The translations under genes were made by a program, and so were the position numbers. The notes beneath the pieces were generated by a model that worked only from the letters and a program-made list of their open reading frames with translations, did no database searches and was not told the DNA's origin. A stretch of 57,088 nucleotides of DNA, from NCBI GenBank assembly GCA_031961585.1, contig JAVRLJ010000001.1, positions 1 through 57,088 on the forward strand, read 5' to 3'. The DNA comes from Thermoplasmatota archaeon (lineage in GTDB: Archaea; Thermoplasmatota; Thermoplasmata; Thermoplasmatales; ARK-15). This document shows positions 37,266-46,651 of this stretch, one piece after another (the first letter of the stretch is position 1; each line of letters starts with the position of its first letter).

Positions 37266-39668
37266 ATGGCAAACGTTGAAACAAGGGCAATTGAGGAGGA
37301 AATGAAAAGTTCATACATGGATTATGCAATGAGTGTAATTGTTGGTAGATCCTTACCTGATGTAAGGGATGGTCTTAAGCCCGTACAGAGAAGGATTTTA
37401 TATTCAATGTATGAAATGAATTTAACCCATGATAAACCTTACAAAAAGAGTGCAAGGATTGTTGGTGAGGTAATGGGTAAATACCATCCCCATGGCGAGG
37501 CACCCATATATGATGCTCTTGTCAGGATGGCGCAGCCATTCTCCATGCGGTATACATTTGTTGATGGTCAGGGTAACTTTGGAAGCATTGATGGTGATAC
37601 TCCCGCAGCTATGAGGTACACCGAAGCAAGACTTACAAAAATAGCAGAGGAAATGCTCGAGGATATTGAAAAGGAAACGGTGCCAATGGTGATGAACTTT
37701 GATGGTACACTTAAGGAACCGGCAGTTTTACCATCAAAGATACCAAACCTTCTCATTAACGGATCATCCGGTATAGCTGTTGGTATGGCAACAAACATGC
37801 CACCGCACAATATTGCTGAGGTTATAGATGCCATAATATACTACATTAATAACAGGGATGCGGACGTGGATGATCTCATTAATTTCATTAAGGGTCCGGA
37901 TTTCCCCACAGGCGGTCAGATTTTTAATTTTTCCGGTATAATAGAGGCATATAAAACAGGAAAGGGTACATTCAAATTGAGGGGAAAATACCACATTGAG
38001 GGTGATGAAAATCAGAGGAGCATAGTTTTCACGGAAATTCCATATGAGGTTAACAAATCGGATCTTTTACAGAAAATAGCATCTTTAATAAAGGAGGAAA
38101 AAATAACAGGAATACAGAACATAAAGGATGAATCTGACAAAAATGGAATAAGGATAATATTCAAACTTAAAAAGGATGCAAATGTTGATATTGTTTTAAA
38201 CCAGCTCTTTGAACATTCACAGCTGGAAATATCCTATGGCATAATAAATCTTGCAATAATCGATAACATTCCAAGACTTTTTACGCTCAAGGATCTTATA
38301 GAACAGTTTGTAAATCACAGATTCAACATAATAAAGAAAAGGGTTGAATATGATCTAAAAAAGGATGAGGAGAGGGAGCATATACTGAAGGGCTTTCTTA
38401 TTGCACTTGATAACCTTGATGATGTGATATCAACCATAAGATCATCCCTTAACTACGATGAGGCAAAAAGATCGCTGATTGAAAAGTTTTCATTAACAGA
38501 AATACAGGCCAAGGCTATTCTAGAATTAAGGCTACAGAGATTGACCGCCATGGAAAGGGAATCGATAGTGAATGAGGAAAAATCCCTGAGCGAGGAAATA
38601 GAGAAGCTGAAAGGAATACTTTCTGATGAGAGAAAGATATACCAGATAATGGTTGAAGAACTTAATGAAATAAAAGAAAAGTATGGTGATGAAAGAAGAA
38701 CAGAAATAGTCATGGAGGAAATAACCAGAAGGGATATTGAGGATCTAATTCCACCGGAGAATGTTCTTGTATCATTTTCAAAGGATGGATACATAAAAAG
38801 AATACCCCTTTCAGAATACAGGGAACAGTCCAGAGGGGGTGTTGGTCTCATAACAGAATACGGTGAAAAGGATTACCCGAAGCAGATATTCATAGCAAAC
38901 AACAGGGACACATTGTTGCTATTCACCAATAAGGGAAAAGTGTACTGGTTAAAGTGTTACAGGATAGTTCAAACATCAAGGAAGGCAAACGGCAAAAATA
39001 TAATAAACTATGTTAACCTTGAGGAGAATGAAAGGGTTGAAAAGATAATACCTGTAAAGGGATTTGATTCAGGCTATATTATATTTCTTACAAGGAAGGG
39101 ATATGTGAAAAGAACACCTCTCAAAGCCTTCTCAAACCCCATGAAAAAGGGTATAATTGCAATAAACCTTGGTGAAGATTCTCTTGCTGATGTTCTTTAC
39201 AGTGAGGGTAAAAATCTTGTTCTGATCGGTACAAAGAATGGTATTGTAACAAAGTTCAGTGAGGAGGAAATAAGACCAACGGGAAGAAATTCATATGGCG
39301 TGAGGGGTATAAGGCTCTCCGATAAAGATGAAATCATAGGCATGGCAATAGGAAGGGATGAAGATAACCTTTTAACATTAACAGAATTTGGAAAGGGAAA
39401 GAGAACAAAAATTTCTGAATTCAGACTTTCGCACAGGGGCGCCATGGGCGTTAAGGCACACAGGCTGAACAAATTAACAGGATCCATGGTTTCAATGATC
39501 GTCACGGATGATTCAGGATCCATAATGGTTCAAACAATGAATGGCATGACCATTCAGATTCCCGTGAAGGAAATACCTGTACTGGGAAGAAACACAGCTG
39601 GTGTTAGGATCATTGAGCTCAAGGAGAATGACAGGGTAATAACATCCACAAAAATTCCTGAAATTTGA
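37266..39668 (+). CDS. gyrA: DNA gyrase subunit A
   Basis: [30 protein letters not shown] (catalytic Tyr), and a C-terminal beta-pinwheel with a GyrA-box-like QSRGGVG. 800 aa. Confidence 0.97.
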   Translation: MANVETRAIEEEMKSSYMDYAMSVIVGRSLPDVRDGLKPVQRRILYSMYEMNLTHDKPYKKSARIVGEVMGKYHPHGEAPIYDALVRMAQPFSMRYTFVDGQGNFGSIDGDTPAAMRYTEARLTKIAEEMLEDIEKETVPMVMNFDGTLKEPAVLPSKIPNLLINGSSGIAVGMATNMPPHNIAEVIDAIIYYINNRDADVDDLINFIKGPDFPTGGQIFNFSGIIEAYKTGKGTFKLRGKYHIEGDENQRSIVFTEIPYEVNKSDLLQKIASLIKEEKITGIQNIKDESDKNGIRIIFKLKKDANVDIVLNQLFEHSQLEISYGIINLAIIDNIPRLFTLKDLIEQFVNHRFNIIKKRVEYDLKKDEEREHILKGFLIALDNLDDVISTIRSSLNYDEAKRSLIEKFSLTEIQAKAILELRLQRLTAMERESIVNEEKSLSEEIEKLKGILSDERKIYQIMVEELNEIKEKYGDERRTEIVMEEITRRDIEDLIPPENVLVSFSKDGYIKRIPLSEYREQSRGGVGLITEYGEKDYPKQIFIANNRDTLLLFTNKGKVYWLKCYRIVQTSRKANGKNIINYVNLEENERVEKIIPVKGFDSGYIIFLTRKGYVKRTPLKAFSNPMKKGIIAINLGEDSLADVLYSEGKNLVLIGTKNGIVTKFSEEEIRPTGRNSYGVRGIRLSDKDEIIGMAIGRDEDNLLTLTEFGKGKRTKISEFRLSHRGAMGVKAHRLNKLTGSMVSMIVTDDSGSIMVQTMNGMTIQIPVKEIPVLGRNTAGVRIIELKENDRVITSTKIPEI

Positions 39669-39673
39669 AATTT

Positions 39674-40594
39674 TTAAATTAATGAAACACCATTTTTTTC
39701 AATCTTTACCCTGATTGGTCTGTAACCTTTTTTTTCAAGTGTTTCAATTACCCTGTCCTCATTCTTTGGAAGTATTATGACTGATCCACCGCCACCAGCA
39801 CCTGTAATTTTTGCACCATATGAATAATTGGAAACAATATCCATGATTTCATTTGTCTTTTCATGACCGACACCAAGTATTGAAAGGAGTTTGTTGTTTT
39901 CATTCATCAATTCACCTAATTTTTCTACATTACCATTCTCCAGTTCCTTCAAACTATTCCTTGATATTTCACCAATTTTCTTTATTATTTCCATACCGAA
40001 TGAATTTCTTGATACAAAATTGTAAACCTTTCTTACCTGTTCGGCTGTTGATCCCTTAATGCCTGAAAAAACAACTATAAAATTAAGGTCCGAAATATCT
40101 ACCCTTGAAATAAACCAGGTTTTATCATCCATACTTATTTTCCAGAGTGTATTTTCATTATAATCTGAAGACACAATAACACATCCACCCGCTGTTATTG
40201 TACTTGTATCAACAGGGCTTGCCCTTCCCTGCACATGGTATTCTGTCAAAAATGCAAGGTTTGCTATTTCATCCCTTTTCCATGAATTTTTCAGGGCCAG
40301 GGCGGATGAAATCGTCGCAACAGATATTGATGCAGAGGATCCCAGACCGGATGCGCTTTCTATCATGCTTTCAGTCCTTATTTTAACATACCTTTCAATT
40401 CCTGCAAGTTCAAGTGCCTTTAAAATGTATGAATGGTACTTGAAATCTGGTTTGAATCCATCTATGGTTGTTTCATGGCTGTATTCTATTTCAACATCGG
40501 AATAAAGGTTTATTGCCATTGATATGGCCGGCTCACCGTAAACAACGGCATGTTCACCGAATAGTATTACCTTTGCCGGTGCCCTGGATTTCAT
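39674..40594 (-). CDS. mvk: Mevalonate kinase (GHMP family)
   Basis: APAKVILFGEHAVVYGEPAISMAI, GLGSSASIS (GHMP motif II), KITGAGGGGSVIIL (motif III). Confidence 0.92.
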   Translation of the reverse strand: MKSRAPAKVILFGEHAVVYGEPAISMAINLYSDVEIEYSHETTIDGFKPDFKYHSYILKALELAGIERYVKIRTESMIESASGLGSSASISVATISSALALKNSWKRDEIANLAFLTEYHVQGRASPVDTSTITAGGCVIVSSDYNENTLWKISMDDKTWFISRVDISDLNFIVVFSGIKGSTAEQVRKVYNFVSRNSFGMEIIKKIGEISRNSLKELENGNVEKLGELMNENNKLLSILGVGHEKTNEIMDIVSNYSYGAKITGAGGGGSVIILPKNEDRVIETLEKKGYRPIRVKIEKNGVSLI

Positions 40595-41285
40595 TAAAGA
40601 TCCTCCTGAACCTTAATGCATCATCACACATATTTACATTATTGAACAGTACATAGTCATTTTCCTTAGTCATACTTTTAAGATTTTTGAGATCGTTATC
40701 ATTGTAAATATAGGAATATGAATTAATGCCATGAAGCCTGAAATAATTGAATTTTCCATAAACAGGTTTATTTTTGAATGGATCCACCACATGTATCATA
40801 TCAAATTCACTGAAAATTTTTTTTAATGTTTCATTGGACCATTTTCCTCTTGTTTCCCATCCAAATGTAATTTCATCACTTTTGAATGTTCTGAAAAATT
40901 CAAAAACATTCTTTTTATTTTCATCACTTTCATGGAACGTGGGTGGTGATTGAAATATTATAATTTTTGATTTTAAAATTTTTGCATAACCAAGCATTTT
41001 TTCCATTGCCATTTCAGTATCAGCGTTCAATTTAAAATTTCCAAAGTTATCCATGTTAAAATTCTTGCTTTTGAACCTTCTGTATGTTGGGCTGTTTTTT
41101 TCATGTGTTATTATTTGTATTGCCTTTATTGTAAATTCAAAATTTTCAGGTGCCTTTTCCCTGTATTTTTTAATGGTTTCATCCTTTACAAAATCGTAAA
41201 ATGTATTCTGCAGTTCCACCACATTGAATTTTTTGAAAATATATTCCTGGGATCTGCAGAATCCGCATGTACCAATTTTCATCAT
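40554..41285 (-). CDS. DUF72-family protein
   Basis: MMKIGTCGF...VELQNTFY N-terminus and YFRLHG motif typical of DUF72/UPF0759. Its last 41 nt overlap the mvk start. Confidence 0.85.
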   Translation of the reverse strand: MMKIGTCGFCRSQEYIFKKFNVVELQNTFYDFVKDETIKKYREKAPENFEFTIKAIQIITHEKNSPTYRRFKSKNFNMDNFGNFKLNADTEMAMEKMLGYAKILKSKIIIFQSPPTFHESDENKKNVFEFFRTFKSDEITFGWETRGKWSNETLKKIFSEFDMIHVVDPFKNKPVYGKFNYFRLHGINSYSYIYNDNDLKNLKSMTKENDYVLFNNVNMCDDALRFRRIFNEIQGTGKGNTIR

Positions 41286-41344
41286 GAAAGATAATTAAAG
41301 GAAATAGATAAAACTTTTATATTGATAATAATTCCCAAAAGCAT

Positions 41345-41536
41345 ATGCTTAAGAATACACTCATAGAAATATTCGGTTACATTCTGATAACTGTTGCCCT
41401 TCTATTCTATTTTGGCTGGGCTTTATATTACAATGCCTGGACTGATGTTGGCCTTTACTCATTCGTCGCACCAATACTTTTATTCGGTATACTTGGTGTA
41501 ATACTTGCAAGGACAGGTGAAAAGCAGGGTCAGTAG
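41345..41536 (+). CDS. Small two-helix membrane protein (63 aa)
   Basis: IFGYILITVALLFYFGWALYY and YSFVAPILLFGILGVILA hydrophobic helices. Converges on proS (7-nt overlap). No family recognised. Confidence 0.45.
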   Translation: MLKNTLIEIFGYILITVALLFYFGWALYYNAWTDVGLYSFVAPILLFGILGVILARTGEKQGQ

Positions 41537-42933
41537 GGTTTACCAACATAGGCAAAGTTTGTTGTTTCCTTTCCGCAAACAATGCATTTTCCTACCTTTT
41601 CATTTTTCTCCAGTGGTGTTCCAAGTATCCTTTTTTCCGTATATTCCTCAATCTTATGTGCACAGGAATCTTCACCGCACCAGTATACCTTTGAAACAAG
41701 TTCACTATTTTTTACATCCTCAAGGTTATTCTCCTCCTTTACCTGAGAAAACATGGTTTCCCATGCCCTTTTTCTTAGCGATTTCTGGATATCTTCTAGT
41801 ATTTCACCAATCTTTTCAACGTAATTTTCCCTGCTCAGTGTAATTCTTTTCAGCGTATCCCTTCTTGCTACTGTAACAGCATTGTTTGCTATGTCCTTTG
41901 GACCTATTTCAACCCTGAGGGGAACACCCTTCAGCTCCCAGTCATAAAACTTGTAGCCTGGAGTATAATTATCCCTGTCATCAAGTTTTACCCTGAAATT
42001 TTTTGAAAGTTCATTAAGAACCTTTTTACTTTCATCAATTATCTTTTCCTTTTCCTCACCAACAATAGGAATTATAATTATCTGTATTGGTGCAATTTCA
42101 GGCGGTAAAATAAGGCCCCTATCATCACCATGTATCCCGACAAGCGCACCTATAATTCTCTCACTTATTCCAAAGGTTGTTTGATACACATAGTCCCTTG
42201 ATCCATCCTCCTTGAGGAAAGTTATATTGTACGCCTTTGAAAAATTCTGTTTGTACTGGTGCATTGTACCTATCTGTAAGGGTCTACCTGATGGTAAAAA
42301 TGTATCCGCTGCAATTGTATAAAATGCACCGGCAAACTTATCCCAGTCAGGCCTTTTATTTAAGACATATGGTAAAGCAAGTTTTTCGCACAGCTTTTCC
42401 CATATTTCCATATCCTCTTTTATCTGTCTTTCAGCATCCTCGAAACTCTCATGGCAGGTATGTGCCTCGAAGAAATGTATCTCCCTTACCCTCAGAAATG
42501 TTCTTGTCTGTTTCGTTTCATACCTGAAAACATTAACAATCTGGAAAATTTTTAATGGTAAATCTGCATGGGTTCTTACCCACAGAGAAAATAGAGGATA
42601 CATGGCTGTTTCGCTTGTTGGTCTTAAAACAAGAGGGACATCAAGTTTTGAATCCCCTCCCCTCTCAACCCAGAAAACCTCATTGCTGAAACCTTTAATA
42701 TGCTCCTCCTCCTTTGAAAACTGATCCCTTGGAATTAAAAGAGGAAAATAAACCTCTTCATGGTTTTTTTCAATAAGAAGTTTCCTCAATGTCTCGTCAA
42801 AGTTTCTTGCAATTGCCCAGCCATAGGGTAGCCAGACATTCATGCCCTTAACCGGGTATCTTTTATCAACAAGCTTTGCCTCCTCGATAACCTCATTGTA
42901 CCATTCGTTAAACTGCTTTTTGCTGAATTCCAT
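41530..42933 (-). CDS. proS: Prolyl-tRNA synthetase (archaeal/eukaryotic type)
   Basis: Class IIa motifs (FRYETKQTRTFLRVREIHFFEAH; GALVGIHGDDRGLILPP), anticodon-binding domain, and a C-terminal zinc-type domain ending in CIVCGKET...Y. Confidence 0.95.
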   Translation of the reverse strand: MEFSKKQFNEWYNEVIEEAKLVDKRYPVKGMNVWLPYGWAIARNFDETLRKLLIEKNHEEVYFPLLIPRDQFSKEEEHIKGFSNEVFWVERGGDSKLDVPLVLRPTSETAMYPLFSLWVRTHADLPLKIFQIVNVFRYETKQTRTFLRVREIHFFEAHTCHESFEDAERQIKEDMEIWEKLCEKLALPYVLNKRPDWDKFAGAFYTIAADTFLPSGRPLQIGTMHQYKQNFSKAYNITFLKEDGSRDYVYQTTFGISERIIGALVGIHGDDRGLILPPEIAPIQIIIIPIVGEEKEKIIDESKKVLNELSKNFRVKLDDRDNYTPGYKFYDWELKGVPLRVEIGPKDIANNAVTVARRDTLKRITLSRENYVEKIGEILEDIQKSLRKRAWETMFSQVKEENNLEDVKNSELVSKVYWCGEDSCAHKIEEYTEKRILGTPLEKNEKVGKCIVCGKETTNFAYVGKPY

Positions 42934-42989
42934 GGATTGGAAAAAAGTGATTTATTACTTAAAATTTTTTTCAATGAATTTAAAAAATT

Positions 42990-43010
42990 TAATGATTAAC
43001 TTAATCATTA
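42990..43010. promoter_or_regulatory. Perfect 21-nt palindrome in the divergent proS/glyA promoter region (candidate operator)
   Basis: TAATGATTAA-C-TTAATCATTA, with 10-bp perfect arms. It lies 18 nt upstream of glyA ATG 43029 and 57 nt from the proS ATG. Confidence 0.35.
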
Positions 43011-43028
43011 CAGTTTTCCGTGGTAAAT

Positions 43029-44330
43029 ATGGATGAGAATCTTGAAAATGCTTTAAAAATTAGGCAGCTTGCGATGGATCATAACAAATTGTTCGAGGAA
43101 TCAATACCATTAATTGCCAGTGAAAATGTTATTTCACCTCTTGCCAAGGAACTGTTGCTTTCAGATCTTGGATCAAGGTACGCTGAAGGTCTTCCCGGAA
43201 AGAGGTACTATCAGGGAAACTATTACGTTGATCAGATTGAAATACTAACAACAGAACTTGCAAAGAAACTTTTCAGGACGGAATATGTGGATGTTAGACC
43301 AATATCAGGAACCAATGCAAACCAGGCTGTTGTTTTTGCTCTAACACAGCCGGGTGATATAATAACGGCATTACCGCTTGCGGGTGGAGCACATATAAGC
43401 AGCGCTAAATTTGGTACAGTGGGCTTCAGGGGTTTAAATGTTATAAACTACCCTTTTGATGTTGAAACAATGAACATTGATGTTGATCTTACATCAAAAT
43501 TGATAAAAATTGTTAAACCAAAGGTTGCATTGTTTGGTCAGTCTGTGTTTCTTTTCCCAACACCCTTAAGGGAACTGCAGGATGCTTTCAATGAGGCAGG
43601 TTGTTATGTGTGGTATGATGGTGCTCACGTTCTTGGATTGATAGCCGGGAAAAGATTCCAGGATCCATTGCGGGAAGGTGCGCATGTTGTTTCGGGAAGC
43701 ACACACAAAACATTACCAGGACCGCAGAGGGGTATAATACTTGCAAACCCAAAGGATGAGGAGATGTGGGAAAAGATACAGAGGGCAGTGTTTCCGGGTG
43801 TTATAAGCAACCACCATCTGAACACAATGGCTGCCCTTGGTGTCACACTTGCTGAACATATTGAGTTTGGTGAACAGTATGCTGATCAGGTGATAAGGAA
43901 TGCAAAAAGGCTTGCGGAAACACTTCATTCCCTTGGCTTTAAGGTGCTGGGTGAAAAGGTTGGGTTCACCGAGAGCCATACAATACTTGTTGATGTGAAG
44001 GCACAGGGTGGTGGTAGAAAGGTAGCTGAGAACCTTGAAAAGGCAAACATTATCCTGAACATGAACCTTTTACCCTATGACGATCCATCAAAGCCAAGGA
44101 ATCCTTCAGGCATAAGGATAGGAACACAGGAGGTAACAAGGGTTGGGATGAAAGAATCAGAAATGGATGAAATTGCATATTTCATAAAGAGGGTTGCAAT
44201 GGATAATGAGGATCCAAACAGGGTAAAGGAGGATGTGAAGGATTTCAAATCACAATACAAGACGGTCAAATACTGTTTCCATGAGGGAAAGGAGGCTTAC
44301 AAATACATTGACTTACTTTCAATGATGTGA
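43029..44330 (+). CDS. glyA: Serine hydroxymethyltransferase
   Basis: LIASENVISP, SGSTHKTLPGPQRG (PLP lysine). ORF 43020 opens with GTG; the first ATG is at 43029 (MDENLENAL). Confidence 0.95.
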   Translation: MDENLENALKIRQLAMDHNKLFEESIPLIASENVISPLAKELLLSDLGSRYAEGLPGKRYYQGNYYVDQIEILTTELAKKLFRTEYVDVRPISGTNANQAVVFALTQPGDIITALPLAGGAHISSAKFGTVGFRGLNVINYPFDVETMNIDVDLTSKLIKIVKPKVALFGQSVFLFPTPLRELQDAFNEAGCYVWYDGAHVLGLIAGKRFQDPLREGAHVVSGSTHKTLPGPQRGIILANPKDEEMWEKIQRAVFPGVISNHHLNTMAALGVTLAEHIEFGEQYADQVIRNAKRLAETLHSLGFKVLGEKVGFTESHTILVDVKAQGGGRKVAENLEKANIILNMNLLPYDDPSKPRNPSGIRIGTQEVTRVGMKESEMDEIAYFIKRVAMDNEDPNRVKEDVKDFKSQYKTVKYCFHEGKEAYKYIDLLSMM

Positions 44331-44394
44331 ATCTAAATAAAATTCATATATGGGTAACAATTATGGAATGATACAAACATTCAAAGGGATTGCT

Positions 44395-44859
44395 ATGGAA
44401 GATAATAAGGAGTTCAGATACATTGTAAGGCTCGCGAATACCGATCTAGATGGTAATAGAATTGCTGTTTATGGACTTATGCAGATAAAGGGTATTGGCT
44501 ACAGGGCATCGGAACTTATTCTAAAAGCTGCAGGAATACCAAAAAATAAAAAGATTGGAGGACTCACGGATGATGAGATTGATAAATTGAAAAAAATTAT
44601 TGATAATGCAGGAGAACATTTACCCTGGTGGGCTGTGAACAGAAAAAGGGATCTTTTAACAGGTAAAAATTTGCATTTGGTGGGGGCTGATCTTGATCTT
44701 GCTGTAAAGGATGATATAGATTTGCTCAAGAAAATAAGGGCTTATAGAGGAATAAGGCATGAAAGAGGCCTTCCTGTCAGGGGTCAGAGAACAAGGTCAA
44801 ACAACAGGAGCGGTATGACTGTTGGTGTGGCAAGAAAGAAGGAGGAGGCGAAGAGTTAA
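44395..44859 (+). CDS. rps13: 30S ribosomal protein S13 (uS13)
   Basis: FRYIVRLANTDLDGNR..., RAYRGIRHERGLPVRGQRTRSN. Start taken at ATG 44395 (MEDNKEF); the ORF opens at 44350. Confidence 0.92.
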   Translation: MEDNKEFRYIVRLANTDLDGNRIAVYGLMQIKGIGYRASELILKAAGIPKNKKIGGLTDDEIDKLKKIIDNAGEHLPWWAVNRKRDLLTGKNLHLVGADLDLAVKDDIDLLKKIRAYRGIRHERGLPVRGQRTRSNNRSGMTVGVARKKEEAKS

Positions 44860-45410
44860 TGGGAGATCCAAAGTTCAACAGGAAAACCTATGAAAAGCCA
44901 AGACACCCATGGGAGAAGGAAAGGATAGAGCAGGAAAACAAACTCCTAAAGGAGTATGGTCTAAAAAACAAAAGGGAAATATGGAAAACAGAATCAATTT
45001 TGAGGAATTTCAGGGCACAGGCAAGAAAACTCCAGGCAAAGATAAGGTACAACGATCCGCAGGCAAACAGGGAGTTAAAACAGCTGCTTGATAAATTGAT
45101 TTCCTACGGTTTGCTCGATGAAAAAACAGCGAACATTGATGCTGTTCTTGCACTAAACCTTGAATCATTACTTGCAAGAAGGCTTGAATACGTTGTTTAC
45201 AAACTTGGTATGGCAAATACTGTTAAGCAGGCAAGGCAGTTCATTACCCATGGCCATATATGCATAGGTGAAAGGGTGGTTTCAATACCAGGTTATATGG
45301 TAAAGAAGAGTGAGGAGCCTTTAATAAAATTCAATGAAAATTCACCGTTGAGTAATGAACTCCATCCAATGCGTGTAAAGCCAAAAGAGGAAGGGAGTGA
45401 GGCAGAATGA
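44859..45410 (+). CDS. rps4: 30S ribosomal protein S4 (uS4)
   Basis: [23 protein letters not shown] and an S4 RNA-binding domain ([34 protein letters not shown]). TAATG junction with rps13. Confidence 0.93.
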   Translation: MGDPKFNRKTYEKPRHPWEKERIEQENKLLKEYGLKNKREIWKTESILRNFRAQARKLQAKIRYNDPQANRELKQLLDKLISYGLLDEKTANIDAVLALNLESLLARRLEYVVYKLGMANTVKQARQFITHGHICIGERVVSIPGYMVKKSEEPLIKFNENSPLSNELHPMRVKPKEEGSEAE

Positions 45411-45790
45411 CAAAAATAGCTGTTGTTCATATTTATGCTTCACATAATGATACCATAATTACGGTGACGGATATAACAGGTGCTGAAACATTTGCCAAGG
45501 CATCAGGTGGTATGGTTGTGAAGGCTGACAGGGATGAATCCTCACCCTATGCTGCAATGAAGGCATCGGATATTGTCGCTGAAAAATTGAAGGAGAAGGG
45601 CATTAACGATATAATAATAAAGGTAAGGGCACCGGGTGGTAGCAAGAGCCATTCAACAGGTCCGGGTGCGCAGGCAGCCATAAGGGCACTTACAAGGGCA
45701 GGTTTTAAGGTAATAAGAATAGAGGATGTTACCCCCATTCCGCATGATGGAACAAGGAGAAAGGGTGGAAAGAGGGGAAGGAGAGTATAA
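45407..45790 (+). CDS. rps11: 30S ribosomal protein S11 (uS11)
   Basis: [44 protein letters not shown] junction with rps4. Confidence 0.95.
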   Translation: MTKIAVVHIYASHNDTIITVTDITGAETFAKASGGMVVKADRDESSPYAAMKASDIVAEKLKEKGINDIIIKVRAPGGSKSHSTGPGAQAAIRALTRAGFKVIRIEDVTPIPHDGTRRKGGKRGRRV

Positions 45791-45795
45791 AGGAG

Positions 45796-45819
45796 GTGGC
45801 GGGTTTATCAACCCACCAT
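45796..45819 (+). promoter_or_regulatory. Hairpin overlapping the Shine-Dalgarno sequence immediately upstream of rpoD
   Basis: GTGG(C)GGGTT-tatc-AACCC(A)CCAT: 4+5 bp with one C/A mismatch. It overlaps AGGAGGTG (45791-45798) and ends 1 nt before ATG 45821. Confidence 0.25.
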
Positions 45820-45820
45820 T

Positions 45821-46648
45821 ATGAATATCAGAATCCTTGAAATTGATGACAGATTCATAAGGTTTGAGGTAAGTGATATAAATTATTCAATTGCAAACAT
45901 TTTAAGGAGAACTTTAATAAACGATATTCCAAAGCTTGCAATAAAGAATGTAACATTCCATCTGGGTTCAATACAGAGGATAGATGAGAATGGACAGGAA
46001 CATATTTACAACAGTTCAGCACCCCTTTTTAATGAAATAATAGCACACAGGCTTGGTCTTGTTCCATTGCCAACGGATCTTAACATGAAATTCAGGAGTG
46101 AGTGTTCACACCCACCAGACCAGGCATGTCCGCTATGCACTGTTACATACAACATAACAAAGTTCGGTCCGTGCACAGTTTATTCCGGTGATCTCATTCC
46201 GGTTGGTGATCCAAGCTTCGCCCCTGTTGATAAGGAAATTCCCATAGTAAAATTGAGGGAAAACCAGGCGCTTATAGTTGATGCAGAGGCAGTAATGGGT
46301 ACGGCAAAGGAACATGCAAGGTACCAGGTAACAAGCGGTGTTGCATACAAATACCACAGGGAATTCCATGTTCCAAAATACATAGATGTTCTTGAAAACA
46401 TCAAAAAGGAATGCCCTGAAAGTGTTGTTGAGGAAAGGGATGATGTAATAGTTGTTACAGATGATATTCCATGCAAATACATTGCAAGCCTTTACCAGCA
46501 CGATGATGTGAAGATTTTTGAGGATGAAACAAGGTTTGTTTTTCAGTTCGAAACTGATGGATCACTGAAGGCAAAGGACACGCTTCTTTATGCGGTAAAG
46601 AGAATAAGGGAAAGGCTTGAAAAGGTAAGGGAATCCATATCGGTGTGA
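45821..46648 (+). CDS. rpoD: DNA-directed RNA polymerase subunit D (Rpo3)
   Basis: ANILRRTLINDIPKLAI, HRLGLVPL, and position after S13-S4-S11 as in the conserved archaeal cluster. A strong AGGAGGTG lies upstream. Confidence 0.92.
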   Translation: MNIRILEIDDRFIRFEVSDINYSIANILRRTLINDIPKLAIKNVTFHLGSIQRIDENGQEHIYNSSAPLFNEIIAHRLGLVPLPTDLNMKFRSECSHPPDQACPLCTVTYNITKFGPCTVYSGDLIPVGDPSFAPVDKEIPIVKLRENQALIVDAEAVMGTAKEHARYQVTSGVAYKYHREFHVPKYIDVLENIKKECPESVVEERDDVIVVTDDIPCKYIASLYQHDDVKIFEDETRFVFQFETDGSLKAKDTLLYAVKRIRERLEKVRESISV

Positions 46649-46651
46649 AAA

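Noticed and set aside
35319-39668. Inteins in gyrB, gyrA (also top6A/B, gatE, eif2g, lysS)
   Set aside because: The protein lengths are canonical and the conserved motifs are contiguous. No Cys/Ser...His-Asn-bounded insertion is present. The only Hint-like sequence is the terminal module of the 1281-3185 gene.
40554-40594. 41-nt overlap between the DUF72 gene end and the mvk start as evidence of a frameshift or mis-assembly
   Set aside because: The mvk N-terminus (MKSRAPAKVILFGEHAVVYG) is canonical from ATG 40594, and the DUF72 body is complete. The overlap only adds a short non-conserved tail, which is common in compact archaeal genomes.
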